Of a stretch of DNA of 64,000 nt, positions 10,023 to 19,830 are shown one piece after another (position 1 is the stretch's first letter; each line of letters begins with the position of its first letter). Made by a program: the position numbers and the translations under genes. The DNA comes from Candidatus Bathyarchaeota archaeon. GTDB lineage: Archaea > Thermoproteota > Bathyarchaeia > Bathyarchaeales > Bathycorpusculaceae. The DNA lies in the NCBI GenBank assembly GCA_963832745.1, contig CAWHVC010000003.1:768001-832000 (forward strand), read 5' to 3'. Under the pieces are notes generated by a model. That model ran no database searches, had not been told where the DNA came from, and was given only the letters and a program-made list of their open reading frames with translations.

Positions 10023-11039
10023 ATGAATGACAACATAATCGAGGTAAAGAACCTTACTAAGACATTCGGCAAATTCACTGCTGTAGACGACATTTCGTTT
10101 GACGTAAAAAAAGGCGAAATATTTGGTCTTCTGGGCCCAAACGGTGCAGGCAAAAGCACAACTTTGCGTATGCTTTCAACACTGGCAAGACCAACAAAAG
10201 GAACCGCAACAATTGGCGGTTATGATACAGTCAAAAACGATATGGAAGTACGCAAACTAATCGGTATTGTTTCTGAAAAAATGATTATTTACAATCGGCT
10301 AACTGCTAAAGAAAACCTTTGGTTTTTTGGAAACTTGTTTAACATTCCAAAAGATATGTTAAATAAACGAATAGACGAATTGCTTGAACTAGTGAATTTA
10401 ACCAAGTTTAAAGATGCTCAGGTGGGCACTTTTTCAACTGGTATGAGGCAAAGAATGAATGTTATTCGTGCTTTGCTTAACATGCCCAAAGTGCTGTTTC
10501 TCGATGAGCCTACGTTAGGTTTAGATCCTCAATCATCAGTTGAAATCCGCGAGTTCGTAAAGAAACTTAACCGTGAACAAGGAACCACCGTCATCGTTAC
10601 CACTCACATGATGATTGACGCTGACCTAATGTGCGACAGAATCGCAATTGTTGACCACGGCAAAATAATTGCGCTTGACACTTCAACTAATCTTAAAAAA
10701 ATCATTTCAGGAGCAGACACTATGATAATTAAACTTGAAATCGCAAACATGACCCCTGAAATACTTGAAGCTATCAAAAAAATTGATTGTGTTGACACTG
10801 TAACTCAGGAAAACTCTAACAGTTTGCATATTATGGTTCACGGCGAAGACGCATTCGACTCAATAGTTGATAATATCCGAAAAAGAAATGCCAAAATCAC
10901 TTCAATGGCGAACCTTCAGCCAAGTCTTGAAGACGTGTTCTTACACATTACAGGCCATGAAGTGCGTGATGCTGCAGACCAAAAAATTCCGGTTCAACAT
11001 GGTCCACGGGCAATGAGGGCGCAAAGTAGAGTAAGGTGA
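10023..11039 (+). CDS. ABC exporter ATP-binding protein (DrrA-like)
   Basis: GPNGAGKST, FSTGM, LFLDEPT, TTH; C-terminal LEDVFL. Confidence 0.95.
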   Translation: MNDNIIEVKNLTKTFGKFTAVDDISFDVKKGEIFGLLGPNGAGKSTTLRMLSTLARPTKGTATIGGYDTVKNDMEVRKLIGIVSEKMIIYNRLTAKENLWFFGNLFNIPKDMLNKRIDELLELVNLTKFKDAQVGTFSTGMRQRMNVIRALLNMPKVLFLDEPTLGLDPQSSVEIREFVKKLNREQGTTVIVTTHMMIDADLMCDRIAIVDHGKIIALDTSTNLKKIISGADTMIIKLEIANMTPEILEAIKKIDCVDTVTQENSNSLHIMVHGEDAFDSIVDNIRKRNAKITSMANLQPSLEDVFLHITGHEVRDAADQKIPVQHGPRAMRAQSRVR

Positions 11040-11045
11040 TAGACG

Positions 11046-12230
11046 ATGACTGTACAAACAATCTTAAAACACAGCTTTAGAATCGCTTGGAAAGACCTGA
11101 TGGAGCTTTTCCGTAACCGCTTAGGCTTGGTCCTCTTAATTGTTATGCCATTGTTCATGATGGTTATGGTTGGTTTCATTTACCCAACTAACGGTACAGT
11201 TACAGACCTGCAAGTAGGTGTAGTTAACCAAGATGCAGGCTTTAATGGCATGTACCTGCCAAGTCAAGGCTTTCTAACGGGTCTTAACCAAATCAACAAT
11301 CAGACGCACATGCTCATAATGTCCAACGTGTCCAGCTTAGATGACCTTAAAGATCAAGTGCAGAGAGGGCAACTGGAAGGTGGCATTGTGATACCCAGCA
11401 ACTTCTCCCAAAGCATAATGAGTGGACAACAAGGTACCATCATAATCGTTAGTGACGAATCTAACCCGCAGATATCAGCAACAATTCAAGGCGCTTTGAA
11501 AGGCGTATTTGGCGCAATGAGTACACAACTTGCCATTAACAATGTTAAGCCATTAAACGCGACAAACTCACTTGCAGTCGTAGAACCCTACAATGTTCAA
11601 ACTCAAGGTGTCGTCTCAGGAAATCCAAGCTACTTTGACTTCATTGCACCAGGCATCATGGCTATGACCGTAATGATGAGTGTCATGACAGGTTTACCTG
11701 TAGCTATTTCACAAGAGAAAGAAATCGGTACAATGGACGGTATGATGGTTGCACCAGTAAACCGGTTATCTATCCTGCTTGGTAAAACTATGGCTCAAAC
11801 AGCCAGAGGCTTAATCCAAGGCGTAATAATCTTGGCATTGGCTATAGGTATATTTGGTGTCACCATACAAGGAAACATCTTGCTAGTGTTTGCGTTACTG
11901 CTGCTGGGTGTATTTAGCTTTGTAGGTTTAGGCATCGTCGTAACATCATTCACTAAAGACCAAGAAACCGCGCAGATGCTCATGATGACATTGATGTTCC
12001 CTATGATGTTCCTTGGCGGAGTGTTCTTCCCGATACAGCAAATGCCCTGGTACATGCAAGATATCGCACATTTCCTACCGCTAACATATGCAAGCGATGC
12101 TCTTCGAAAAGTTATGGTGCTTGGCGCTGGTATTCCACAGATATCCACTGAACTGATAATCCTGATTGGATTCGGTATAGTGATGATCGCTATTGCTTTG
12201 CCAGTGTTCAGACGAATGATGACTCGCTAA
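11046..12230 (+). CDS. ABC-2 type permease
   Basis: TM1, extracellular loop, 5 TMs, QEKEIGT, PLTYASDALR. Confidence 0.93.
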   Translation: MTVQTILKHSFRIAWKDLMELFRNRLGLVLLIVMPLFMMVMVGFIYPTNGTVTDLQVGVVNQDAGFNGMYLPSQGFLTGLNQINNQTHMLIMSNVSSLDDLKDQVQRGQLEGGIVIPSNFSQSIMSGQQGTIIIVSDESNPQISATIQGALKGVFGAMSTQLAINNVKPLNATNSLAVVEPYNVQTQGVVSGNPSYFDFIAPGIMAMTVMMSVMTGLPVAISQEKEIGTMDGMMVAPVNRLSILLGKTMAQTARGLIQGVIILALAIGIFGVTIQGNILLVFALLLLGVFSFVGLGIVVTSFTKDQETAQMLMMTLMFPMMFLGGVFFPIQQMPWYMQDIAHFLPLTYASDALRKVMVLGAGIPQISTELIILIGFGIVMIAIALPVFRRMMTR

Positions 12231-12240
12231 AATGTCAAAA

Positions 12241-12273
12241 AGGGGGGCAGTTGCCCTCTTAACCTGTTTTTTT
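12241..12273 (+). terminator. hairpin plus T tract after the ABC operon
   Basis: ggggc-agtt-gccct followed by ctgttttttt. Confidence 0.45.
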
Positions 12274-12320
12274 AATATATATTTTGAATTAAATAATCCT
12301 TTATATCCAAAGTTTAACTA

Positions 12321-12617
12321 ATGGTTATGCCTCAAAAGAGCGTTCGCCTAACAATAATACTTCTAACAAACATCGCCCTAATCACCTTAAGCCTGCTTCT
12401 CCTGTTTTATCCCACTTCTACTGTTTCCGCTATCAACACATCTAGCAACCAAAGCTTTGCCATAGATGAACAATACGTCCAAAACAAAGCGCCCACTTCA
12501 ATGGCAATCTTGCAAAGCGCAATTTTTCTGCCAATCCTAAAAATACTAACCGTAATTGGCATGGTAACAATGAGTTACGTTTTACTCTCTAAACTCTTTT
12601 CAAACACCAGGTATTAA
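12321..12617 (+). CDS. hypothetical membrane protein
   Basis: 98 aa, N- and C-terminal hydrophobic helices, tttata box upstream. Confidence 0.45.
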   Translation: MVMPQKSVRLTIILLTNIALITLSLLLLFYPTSTVSAINTSSNQSFAIDEQYVQNKAPTSMAILQSAIFLPILKILTVIGMVTMSYVLLSKLFSNTRY

Positions 12618-12891
12618 ATCCCATTTATAATTTAAAATTAAATGCATAAATTCTGCGTCAAACATGTAATAAGTAAAATATTTGCAAAACTGTTGAGATG
12701 TTTATAGCTTCAAAAGTTACAATAATTGCAAGTTGCTGGTTTTCAATAAGTGTTATTGCTTCTGTTAAAATGATAATGTTCGCAGACAGACTTGGCGACA
12801 TTTTTTTTGGGTACTTTTGCCAGTTGGTGCCTTGGTTTTTGTAGGCTTAATTGTTACTTTGCTGATCGCCCAAAAACAAGTCACCCACGTT

Positions 12892-12954
12892 ATCACCAAC
12901 CTATTTGAATCCTATTAGAAATAGTGTGCAGAAACCTAAGGGGGGTAGGTGCTA
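12892..12954 (+). repeat. dispersed repeat family 1, copy B
   Basis: caccaacctatttgaatcctattag...tgcagaaacctaaggggggtaggtgcta. Confidence 0.75.
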
Positions 12955-13013
12955 TTGACGCGTTTTTACGCCATTAGGATGTTGAAAAACAGTTGTTATT
13001 GGTGTTTACTGTC

Positions 13014-13601
13014 CTACTCAGCTAGCAGGTAACCGCCAAACCCGATTGTCCACAAGAACAATGGATAAACTATTAACCGTTCTATTCCTCCAAAGCATAT
13101 GCCTATATTGAAAAGAGAACTTGGTTTTCCCGCTAAAAGCGATAGAACAAATGCAACAAGAGAGAACACACCCAAAACTGCAGAAACATAGGAAAAAGGC
13201 GACTTTAAAAATTTAAAGGAAAGTATTGCGACTGCTGCCCATGAAATAAAGAAGGCTAACGCAAAAATGAGGTGCACTGGGCCAAAAATGTCCTCAGTAA
13301 CTATACCTACACCGGTATTGCCAATGCCTGCAATGATCAATGATCCAATGAACAGCCTATTTTTCAAATATTTCCTAACAAGTAATGCACCCGTAACAAT
13401 GGTTATCCCAAGCAGGACAGTTGATACATTAAAAATTGCGGCAGCGCTGCCTGCTAAAGTCCAACTGCCTAAGTCACTCATGGCCTGTTGACCAACATTG
13501 TAGCCAGGATAAAGTGCCTCACAAATGATTACGGCAAGAATAAATTGGGTTGGGCCAGCAAAGAAAAGCAAGCCAGCCTTCGTCTTGTTACTTTGAAACA
13601 T
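13014..13601 (-). CDS. DUF998-family membrane protein
   Basis: EALYPGYN....MSDLG, IFN, VGI..E...H, GGIERL.VYP. Confidence 0.8.
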   Translation of the reverse strand: MFQSNKTKAGLLFFAGPTQFILAVIICEALYPGYNVGQQAMSDLGSWTLAGSAAAIFNVSTVLLGITIVTGALLVRKYLKNRLFIGSLIIAGIGNTGVGIVTEDIFGPVHLIFALAFFISWAAVAILSFKFLKSPFSYVSAVLGVFSLVAFVLSLLAGKPSSLFNIGICFGGIERLIVYPLFLWTIGFGGYLLAE

Positions 13602-13765
13602 ATTTTGAGGTGCAGTTTAGGGCTTATAATGTTTGATTACTACAAATATTGTTTTTTGCTGACCTGTTTGGCTCGAAAAAGCCTCAACACAGCCATCAGC
13701 CATGTGTTAGCTACTGTAAAATTAATTAAGTGTCCTGAATTTAGATATCATGGTAATGATTACAA

Positions 13766-14569
13766 ATGAACGATGCACGACCCATCATCCTGAAACTCGG
13801 CGGTTCAGCCATCACCGACAAGACCGCGGAGGCAAGTCCGAACACTCAAATAATCAACCGCTTAGCTGAAGAAATCAAACGCGCAGACCTTGACAACCTG
13901 ATTGTTGTTCACGGAGGCGGCAGCTTCGGTCACCCAGCAGCAGCTAAATATGGCATAAAAGATGGTTACAAAGAAGACCCAACACAAAAGTTTGGTTTCG
14001 CCGAAACCCACCATATGATGACCGTTCTTAACGGTTTAGTTATGGATGCACTTATTTGGCATGAAATCCCCGCAGTCAGCATTGCCCCATCATGCTGCAT
14101 GGTCACAGAAAACGGTAAAGTCAAAACCTTCGATGAAACAGCTCTTAAAGCAATGAGCAAACTTGTTTTCACACCAGTAATGTATGGCGATGCTGTTATG
14201 GACGAAAAATTGGGATTCACAATCCTAAGCGGTGACCAACTCGTAACCTACCTCGCGTTAAAGTATAATGCTGAAAAAATCGTTATCGGTGTAGACACTG
14301 ACGGCATCTTTGAAGCAGACCCAAAAACCAATCCGGAAGCAAAACCATTTAAAAAATTAAATCTTGCAGAACTTAAAGCGTTGCAGCCTAAACTTGGAAA
14401 AGCAGCCGGAACCGACGTTACAGGCGGAATGGCAGGTAAAATCGCTGAACTTATCCCAGCCGTGGAAGCCGGAATTCCAGTCACAGTTACTGGAGCCACA
14501 AAAGCCTTATCTATTTACAGAGCCTTAACAGACCAAAGCGTGTTAGGCACTGTAATAGAGAAGACGTAA
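13766..14569 (+). CDS. ipk: isopentenyl phosphate kinase
   Basis: KLGGSAITDK, HGGGSFGH, SGDQ, DVTGGMAGK; operon with fni and GGPPS. Confidence 0.93.
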   Translation: MNDARPIILKLGGSAITDKTAEASPNTQIINRLAEEIKRADLDNLIVVHGGGSFGHPAAAKYGIKDGYKEDPTQKFGFAETHHMMTVLNGLVMDALIWHEIPAVSIAPSCCMVTENGKVKTFDETALKAMSKLVFTPVMYGDAVMDEKLGFTILSGDQLVTYLALKYNAEKIVIGVDTDGIFEADPKTNPEAKPFKKLNLAELKALQPKLGKAAGTDVTGGMAGKIAELIPAVEAGIPVTVTGATKALSIYRALTDQSVLGTVIEKT

Positions 14570-14570
14570 A

Positions 14571-15653
14571 ATGGCTGCTCAGAAAACTGAAAAAAGAAAA
14601 GGCGAACATATTCGAATCTGCCTTGAAGAGAAGGCACAAGCAAGAAACGTGACAGCAGGGTTTGAGGACATAAAGTTTGTCCATCGGGCTCTGCCTGAAG
14701 TTAACAGAAAGGACATAAACCTTTCAACTTCTTTTTTAAACAAAAAATTTAATGCCCCCCTTATTGTTGGAGCCATGACCGGTGGCACAGAGGAAGCCAT
14801 TAAAATAAACCAAAACATCGCAGTGGCAGTTGAAAAACTTGGAATAGGCATGGGTTTGGGAAGCCAAAGAGCAGCCATAGAAGCACCATGCCTCGAAAAA
14901 ACCTATTCAGTTGCACGCAAAGCCGCACCAAACGCTTTCTTAATCGCCAATGTTGGTGGCGTTCAGCTTGTTCACGGTTATGGCGTCAAAGAAGCCCGGA
15001 AAGTCATTGAAATGATAGATGCCGATGCGGTTGCAATTCATCTTAACGCTTTGCAGGAGGCGGTTCAGCCTGAAGGGCAAACCAACTTCAAAGGGGTCCT
15101 TACAAAAATCGGTGAAATTGCAGGTGAACTTGACAAGCCTGTCATCGTCAAAGAAACTGGTGCAGGCATTTGTGCCGAAGACGCTAAAGCGCTTAAAGAT
15201 GCAGGCGTAAAAGCAATTGACGTTGGCGGTGTTGGCGGAACTAGTTTTGCTGCTGTAGAATACTACCGCGGAGAAAAAATGTTGGGTGAAGCTTTTTGGG
15301 ATTGGGGCATTCCAACCGCTGCAAGTATCGTTGAAGTGTCTGTGTCTGCAAAGTTGCCTGTAATCGGGTCAGGCGGAGTCCGAACGGGAAATGATATCGC
15401 AAAAACCATCGCGATAGGTGCAAGTTTAACCGCCATGTCCCAACCCGTGCTAGAAGCAGCAGTTAAGGGGAGCGTTGAAACAGAACAGTTACTTAAGGGC
15501 TATATTGATGAGTTGCAGAATGTGATGTTTCTTGTTGGCGCAGAAAACGTTGCAGCTTTAGCTAAGGTTCCCTTGGTTATCGGCGGCAAAACTGCGGAGT
15601 GGTTAAAAACTAGAGGATTTAACATAGAAGGGTACGCACGTAGAGGAGCATGA
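14571..15653 (+). CDS. fni: type 2 isopentenyl-diphosphate delta-isomerase
   Basis: RKGEHI, AMTGG, GSQRA, HLNALQEAVQPEG, VKETGAG, GGTSFA. Confidence 0.96.
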   Translation: MAAQKTEKRKGEHIRICLEEKAQARNVTAGFEDIKFVHRALPEVNRKDINLSTSFLNKKFNAPLIVGAMTGGTEEAIKINQNIAVAVEKLGIGMGLGSQRAAIEAPCLEKTYSVARKAAPNAFLIANVGGVQLVHGYGVKEARKVIEMIDADAVAIHLNALQEAVQPEGQTNFKGVLTKIGEIAGELDKPVIVKETGAGICAEDAKALKDAGVKAIDVGGVGGTSFAAVEYYRGEKMLGEAFWDWGIPTAASIVEVSVSAKLPVIGSGGVRTGNDIAKTIAIGASLTAMSQPVLEAAVKGSVETEQLLKGYIDELQNVMFLVGAENVAALAKVPLVIGGKTAEWLKTRGFNIEGYARRGA

Positions 15654-15660
15654 ATAGCGT

Positions 15661-16731
15661 TTGGATATTGAAAAGTTTCTTGAGGAAAAAGCGCCTTTAG
15701 TTGACAAAGCTATTGAAAAGTATATTCCCCGCAAATTCACTAAAGACTCCATCCTTTTCCAAGTTACACCGCCAGCTTACAGCTACAACCTGGAAACGAT
15801 GGATAAAGCAATAGCTGATCCTATCTGGGACATGCTGGACCGTGGAGGAAAACGTTGGCGCCCCGCATTGTTTCTGCTCATCTGTGAAGCCTTAGGCAAA
15901 CAAGAAGGTTACTGCGCAGACTTCGCAATCATCCCAGAAGTCATCCACAACGGCACACTTGTTATTGACGACATTGAAGACACTTCCGAGTTGCGTCGAG
16001 GAAAACCCTGCACTTACAAACTGTACGGGTTAGATATTTCAGTTAACGTCGGTAACGCAATGTACTATCTGCCCTTGCTGGCTTTAATGACTAAAGAGGT
16101 TGATTTGCCGGCAGAGATGCTAAAGGGCGTTTACGAAGTTTACGTGCAAGAAATGGTAAACTTAAGCATGGGACAAGCCATGGACATAGCATGGCATCGT
16201 GGCTTAGCAAACGCTGACAACATCGGCGAAGATGATTACTTGCAAATGTGCGCCTATAAAACAGGTACCTTAGCACGTATGGCTGCAAAGATGGCTGCTG
16301 TTCTCGCAGGCGCAGACAAACAACTTGTCGAGAAGCTCGGAAGGTTTGCTGAAAGCATCGGTGTCGCGTTTCAGATGCAGGATGACATTTTAGATTTAAC
16401 TGGGCAAGAGTTTGCTAAAAAGAAAGGCGGCGTTGGTCAAGATATTACGGAAGGCAAACGCACATTAATGGTTATTTTTACTCTTGAAAACGCAAAAGAC
16501 GCTGATAAGAAGCGGCTTATTGAAATCTTAAATATGCACACCAGCGACCAGAATCTGCGTGATGAAGCAATTGCGCTTATGCAGAAGTACCATGCTATCG
16601 AACACACCAAGCAGACTGCAGAAAAAATCGTGATTGACAGCTGGAACGAGGTTGACCGCTTATTGCCTACGCCGGAGGCTAAGGAAAAATTAAAAGCGTT
16701 CGCCGAATTCTTGATTAAAAGAAATATGTAA
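15661..16731 (+). CDS. polyprenyl (geranylgeranyl) diphosphate synthase
   Basis: GGKRWRP, IDDIED..LRRG, YKT, FQMQDDILD, EGK. Confidence 0.93.
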   Translation: MDIEKFLEEKAPLVDKAIEKYIPRKFTKDSILFQVTPPAYSYNLETMDKAIADPIWDMLDRGGKRWRPALFLLICEALGKQEGYCADFAIIPEVIHNGTLVIDDIEDTSELRRGKPCTYKLYGLDISVNVGNAMYYLPLLALMTKEVDLPAEMLKGVYEVYVQEMVNLSMGQAMDIAWHRGLANADNIGEDDYLQMCAYKTGTLARMAAKMAAVLAGADKQLVEKLGRFAESIGVAFQMQDDILDLTGQEFAKKKGGVGQDITEGKRTLMVIFTLENAKDADKKRLIEILNMHTSDQNLRDEAIALMQKYHAIEHTKQTAEKIVIDSWNEVDRLLPTPEAKEKLKAFAEFLIKRNM

Positions 16732-16738
16732 GACTTAC

Positions 16739-18541
16739 GTGAGCGTAGAAGATTTGTCACTTGAACAAGATAATGATTTAAGAGATTTAATTAGGAAAGC
16801 TGCTTTACTTAACGCGGTTTCTCATGATGGTAAAGCTCAGGCAGGCGCTATGGTTGGCAAAGTTCTTGGAGAAAGACAGGAACTGCGGTCACGCGTTAAG
16901 GAGCTTTCCGTTGTAATTGCTAATGTAGTTAACGAAGTTAATGGTCTTTCTTTGGTTGAGCAGAAGGCTATTGTGGAGCAGAATTGGCCTGAAACTCAAA
17001 AGAAAGAAAAACCCGAAGAAAAACGTCTTCCTGCCCTGCCAAATGCAGATAAATACAAACAAATAGTTACAAGATTCTCCCCGAATCCTGATTGTGTACT
17101 GCATCTTGGTAGTGCCCGAGCTATTGTTCTTAGCCATGAATACGCGCGTATGTATAACGGCAAATTTATTCTACGCTTCGAAGATACTGACCCCAAAATC
17201 AAAAAACCAGCCTTAGAATTTTATGAGAGCATCAAGAAGGACCTCAAATGGCTCGGTGTTAAAGTTGATGAAGAATATATTCAAAGCGACAGGCTTCCAA
17301 TTTATTATGAGTACGTGGAAAAACTGGTTGGTTTGGGTGCAGCGTATGTTTGTGAATGTCAAGCTGAAGTGTTCCACAATATCACTCTTGCCCGAGAAGC
17401 TTGCCCCTGCCGAGATTTGGCGCCTGCAGATCAGCTTGAGCGTTGGCACAAAATGTTAAACGGCGGCTACAAGGAAGGCCAAGCTGTTGTGCGTGTTAAA
17501 ACTGAGCTTGACCATCCTAACCCGGCTGTACGTGATTGGCCTGCCCTACGCATTATTGACACCAAGAAGTATCCGCATCCACGTGTAGGTAGCAAATATA
17601 CTCTTTGGCCACTCTACAATTTAGCTGCGGGTATAGATGATCACTTGATGGGTATGACTCACATCATTCGCGGTAAAGAGCATTACACTAACATGATACG
17701 TCAAAAATACATGTATAACGCGCTTGGCTGGGAATATCCTGAAGCTATACATTACGGTAGACTCAAAATTACGGGCGCGTTCCTTAGCAAATCAAAAATT
17801 ATCGCGGGCGTAAAAGACGGCACTTACGCAGGTTTTGATGACCCCCGTCTGGGTACTTTTGCTGCTTTGCGTAAACGTGGTATTACTCCTGAAGCTATCA
17901 AAAAAATGATTATTGATGTGGGTATAAAATCTAATGATGTTACATTAAGCTGGGAGAACTTGTACTCGTATAACCGTAAAATCTTGGACGCTTCAAGCAA
18001 CAGGTACTTCTTCGTGTCAGAACCCGTTGAACTTAAAGTTTCTGGGCTGCCTAAAGCGTTCACTTCCAAGCTGCCTCTGCATCCTGAAAAGCCAGAAAAA
18101 GGTTTCCGAGAATACACAGTAACCCCAACAGGCGACGACTCATCAGTGAGTTTCTGGATACCCAAAAAAGACGCAATGAACATGGAGCAGGGCAAAATCG
18201 TTAGGCTCATGGAACTCTTCAATGTGGAAACCTTAAAAGTAGGCAAGCAAGCAACCATTGACGCTGTTGAACCTAAAATCATGTCTGTTGACGCTAAATT
18301 CTCCAGCGAATCCTATGAGGACGTTAGAAAAATCAAGGTTCAACTTATCCAGTGGATTCCTAAAGGTACAGAGTTTCTTTGTGAAATTGTCCTTCAAGAC
18401 GCTTCCAGAATGGAGGGTTTTGCTGAGAGTGAATGCAAAAAATTAAAGTCGGACATGATTATACAGTTTGAACGGTTTGGGTTTACCCGCGTGGATGAAG
18501 TTAGCTCCCAGAAAATGGTGGCTTACTTCGCGCACAAGTAA
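16739..18541 (+). CDS. gltX: glutamate--tRNA ligase (archaeal)
   Basis: RFSPNP..LHLG, RFEDTDP, THIIRGKEH, LSKS, QFERFGF. Confidence 0.96.
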   Translation: MSVEDLSLEQDNDLRDLIRKAALLNAVSHDGKAQAGAMVGKVLGERQELRSRVKELSVVIANVVNEVNGLSLVEQKAIVEQNWPETQKKEKPEEKRLPALPNADKYKQIVTRFSPNPDCVLHLGSARAIVLSHEYARMYNGKFILRFEDTDPKIKKPALEFYESIKKDLKWLGVKVDEEYIQSDRLPIYYEYVEKLVGLGAAYVCECQAEVFHNITLAREACPCRDLAPADQLERWHKMLNGGYKEGQAVVRVKTELDHPNPAVRDWPALRIIDTKKYPHPRVGSKYTLWPLYNLAAGIDDHLMGMTHIIRGKEHYTNMIRQKYMYNALGWEYPEAIHYGRLKITGAFLSKSKIIAGVKDGTYAGFDDPRLGTFAALRKRGITPEAIKKMIIDVGIKSNDVTLSWENLYSYNRKILDASSNRYFFVSEPVELKVSGLPKAFTSKLPLHPEKPEKGFREYTVTPTGDDSSVSFWIPKKDAMNMEQGKIVRLMELFNVETLKVGKQATIDAVEPKIMSVDAKFSSESYEDVRKIKVQLIQWIPKGTEFLCEIVLQDASRMEGFAESECKKLKSDMIIQFERFGFTRVDEVSSQKMVAYFAHK

Positions 18542-18553
18542 GGAGGTAAAAAA

Positions 18554-18889
18554 ATGCGAAAAAGTGATAATGCAATAATTTGGCCGGTTTACTTTGATGT
18601 GGCTAAAAGTAAGAGTGAGGGTAGACGTGTCCCTAAAAACTTGGCTGTTGCCACCCCTAAAATTTTGGAGCTTAAAGAAGCCGCTGACAAGCTTGGACTG
18701 CAAAACGAGGTTAACCCAACTGCTGGTTATCCTAAAGCGCCTTGGTTGAAAATGGGTATGTTGACTGTTGAGAAAGGTGAGTCTAAAGAAAAGATTGTTT
18801 TAAAACTTGCAGCGCAATTGGCTAAAATTAAGAGTCAACAGCAGGCTGAGCAACAGAAGCAACAGTCGCAGCATGGTTATAAAAGATAA
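18554..18889 (+). CDS. srp19: signal recognition particle protein SRP19
   Basis: IIWPVYFD..KSKSEGRRVPK.LAV, YPKAPW; AGGAGG SD upstream. Confidence 0.93.
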   Translation: MRKSDNAIIWPVYFDVAKSKSEGRRVPKNLAVATPKILELKEAADKLGLQNEVNPTAGYPKAPWLKMGMLTVEKGESKEKIVLKLAAQLAKIKSQQQAEQQKQQSQHGYKR

Positions 18890-18906
18890 AAAATAAAAAA
18901 TTTTTT

Positions 18907-19302
18907 TTATTGTTTTTCTTTTCCTGCGATTAAGACAGCGTTGATGATTCCGTCTGCGCCTGGTCTGCTGGATACTTTTGCGTGTCCAAGGGTTGTTTCG
19001 ATTTCTGCGCCCTTGGTGATTACGCCTCTACGGTTATAGTCAACGTTTGCGCCGTTTTTGACTACACGGACGATTTCTACTTTTTGTGTTTGTCCAGTTT
19101 TTTGGTCTGTTACTGAGGCAAATTTTTCTGTTAAAGCTTTAACTCGTTTGTTGCCGCCTAAGCCTCTTGTGCTTTTGCGTTTTGGTTCACCGAGAGTAGT
19201 TTCAGCTGGGTAACCGGCTGCTTCATACTTCTTTTTTGAACGGTAAACACGTTTTTTGCCGCCTGTAAGTTTTCTTTTGCGTAAACTGCTATGAGTAGAC
19301 AT
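18907..19302 (-). CDS. rps8e: 30S ribosomal protein S8e
   Basis: RKLTGG, RGLGGN, RRGVITKGA, SRPGADGIINAVL. Confidence 0.96.
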   Translation of the reverse strand: MSTHSSLRKRKLTGGKKRVYRSKKKYEAAGYPAETTLGEPKRKSTRGLGGNKRVKALTEKFASVTDQKTGQTQKVEIVRVVKNGANVDYNRRGVITKGAEIETTLGHAKVSSRPGADGIINAVLIAGKEKQ

Positions 19303-19517
19303 ATTCTACATTCCTTTTAATTCGCGTAGTCAGTAAAACTGTTAATTTCCATATAAACGTATCCGTTTAAAGACTGCGGTTTTGTGTCAGGATTGTTTTT
19401 TTGTTAGAAGCTGTTGATGGAACCTGTTTGATTTTCATTGCTTGTTGTCTGGTCTTTTTCTTATTTTTCAGCCAAATTTTTTGTGTTTTTGTGGGGTTTG
19501 TTTTGGGTTGCTTTTTT

Positions 19518-19600
19518 GATTCTAAGCCTGAAACGTTTGCAGAGCACGTCAAAAAAAGGCGGCAGGCGTCAATAAAAGTCAAAGGAAGTCAAAGAGTCAA
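19518..19600 (+). repeat. dispersed repeat family 2 copy with 10-bp-phased GTC(AA) array
   Basis: 46/64 ungapped identity (hand count) to 53975-54038; gtc at 19548, 19568, 19578, 19588. Confidence 0.65.
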
Positions 19601-19830
19601 CAGAACAGCAATGAAGGCACAATGCGATCGGGCACTAACATGACCCAAACAAAGGTTAACCCCGCTCAGAAAAAACCAGTACCCAACCCAACCCTATAAA
19701 CAATTTTAGCGTTAAAAAAGCCCAAAAAAGGCAATTGGAAAAAAGAGCATTTCCACATTGGGCTTATATTGACTTGATTACTTCATTTTTTAAAGATTCA
19801 GTTCACTAAATTCTTATGCAAGCTGGTGTG

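Noticed and set aside
19367-19643. Short ORFs downstream of the radical SAM gene as RiPP precursors
   Set aside because: Low-complexity translations of G/T-rich repeat DNA with no SD or leader/core pattern.
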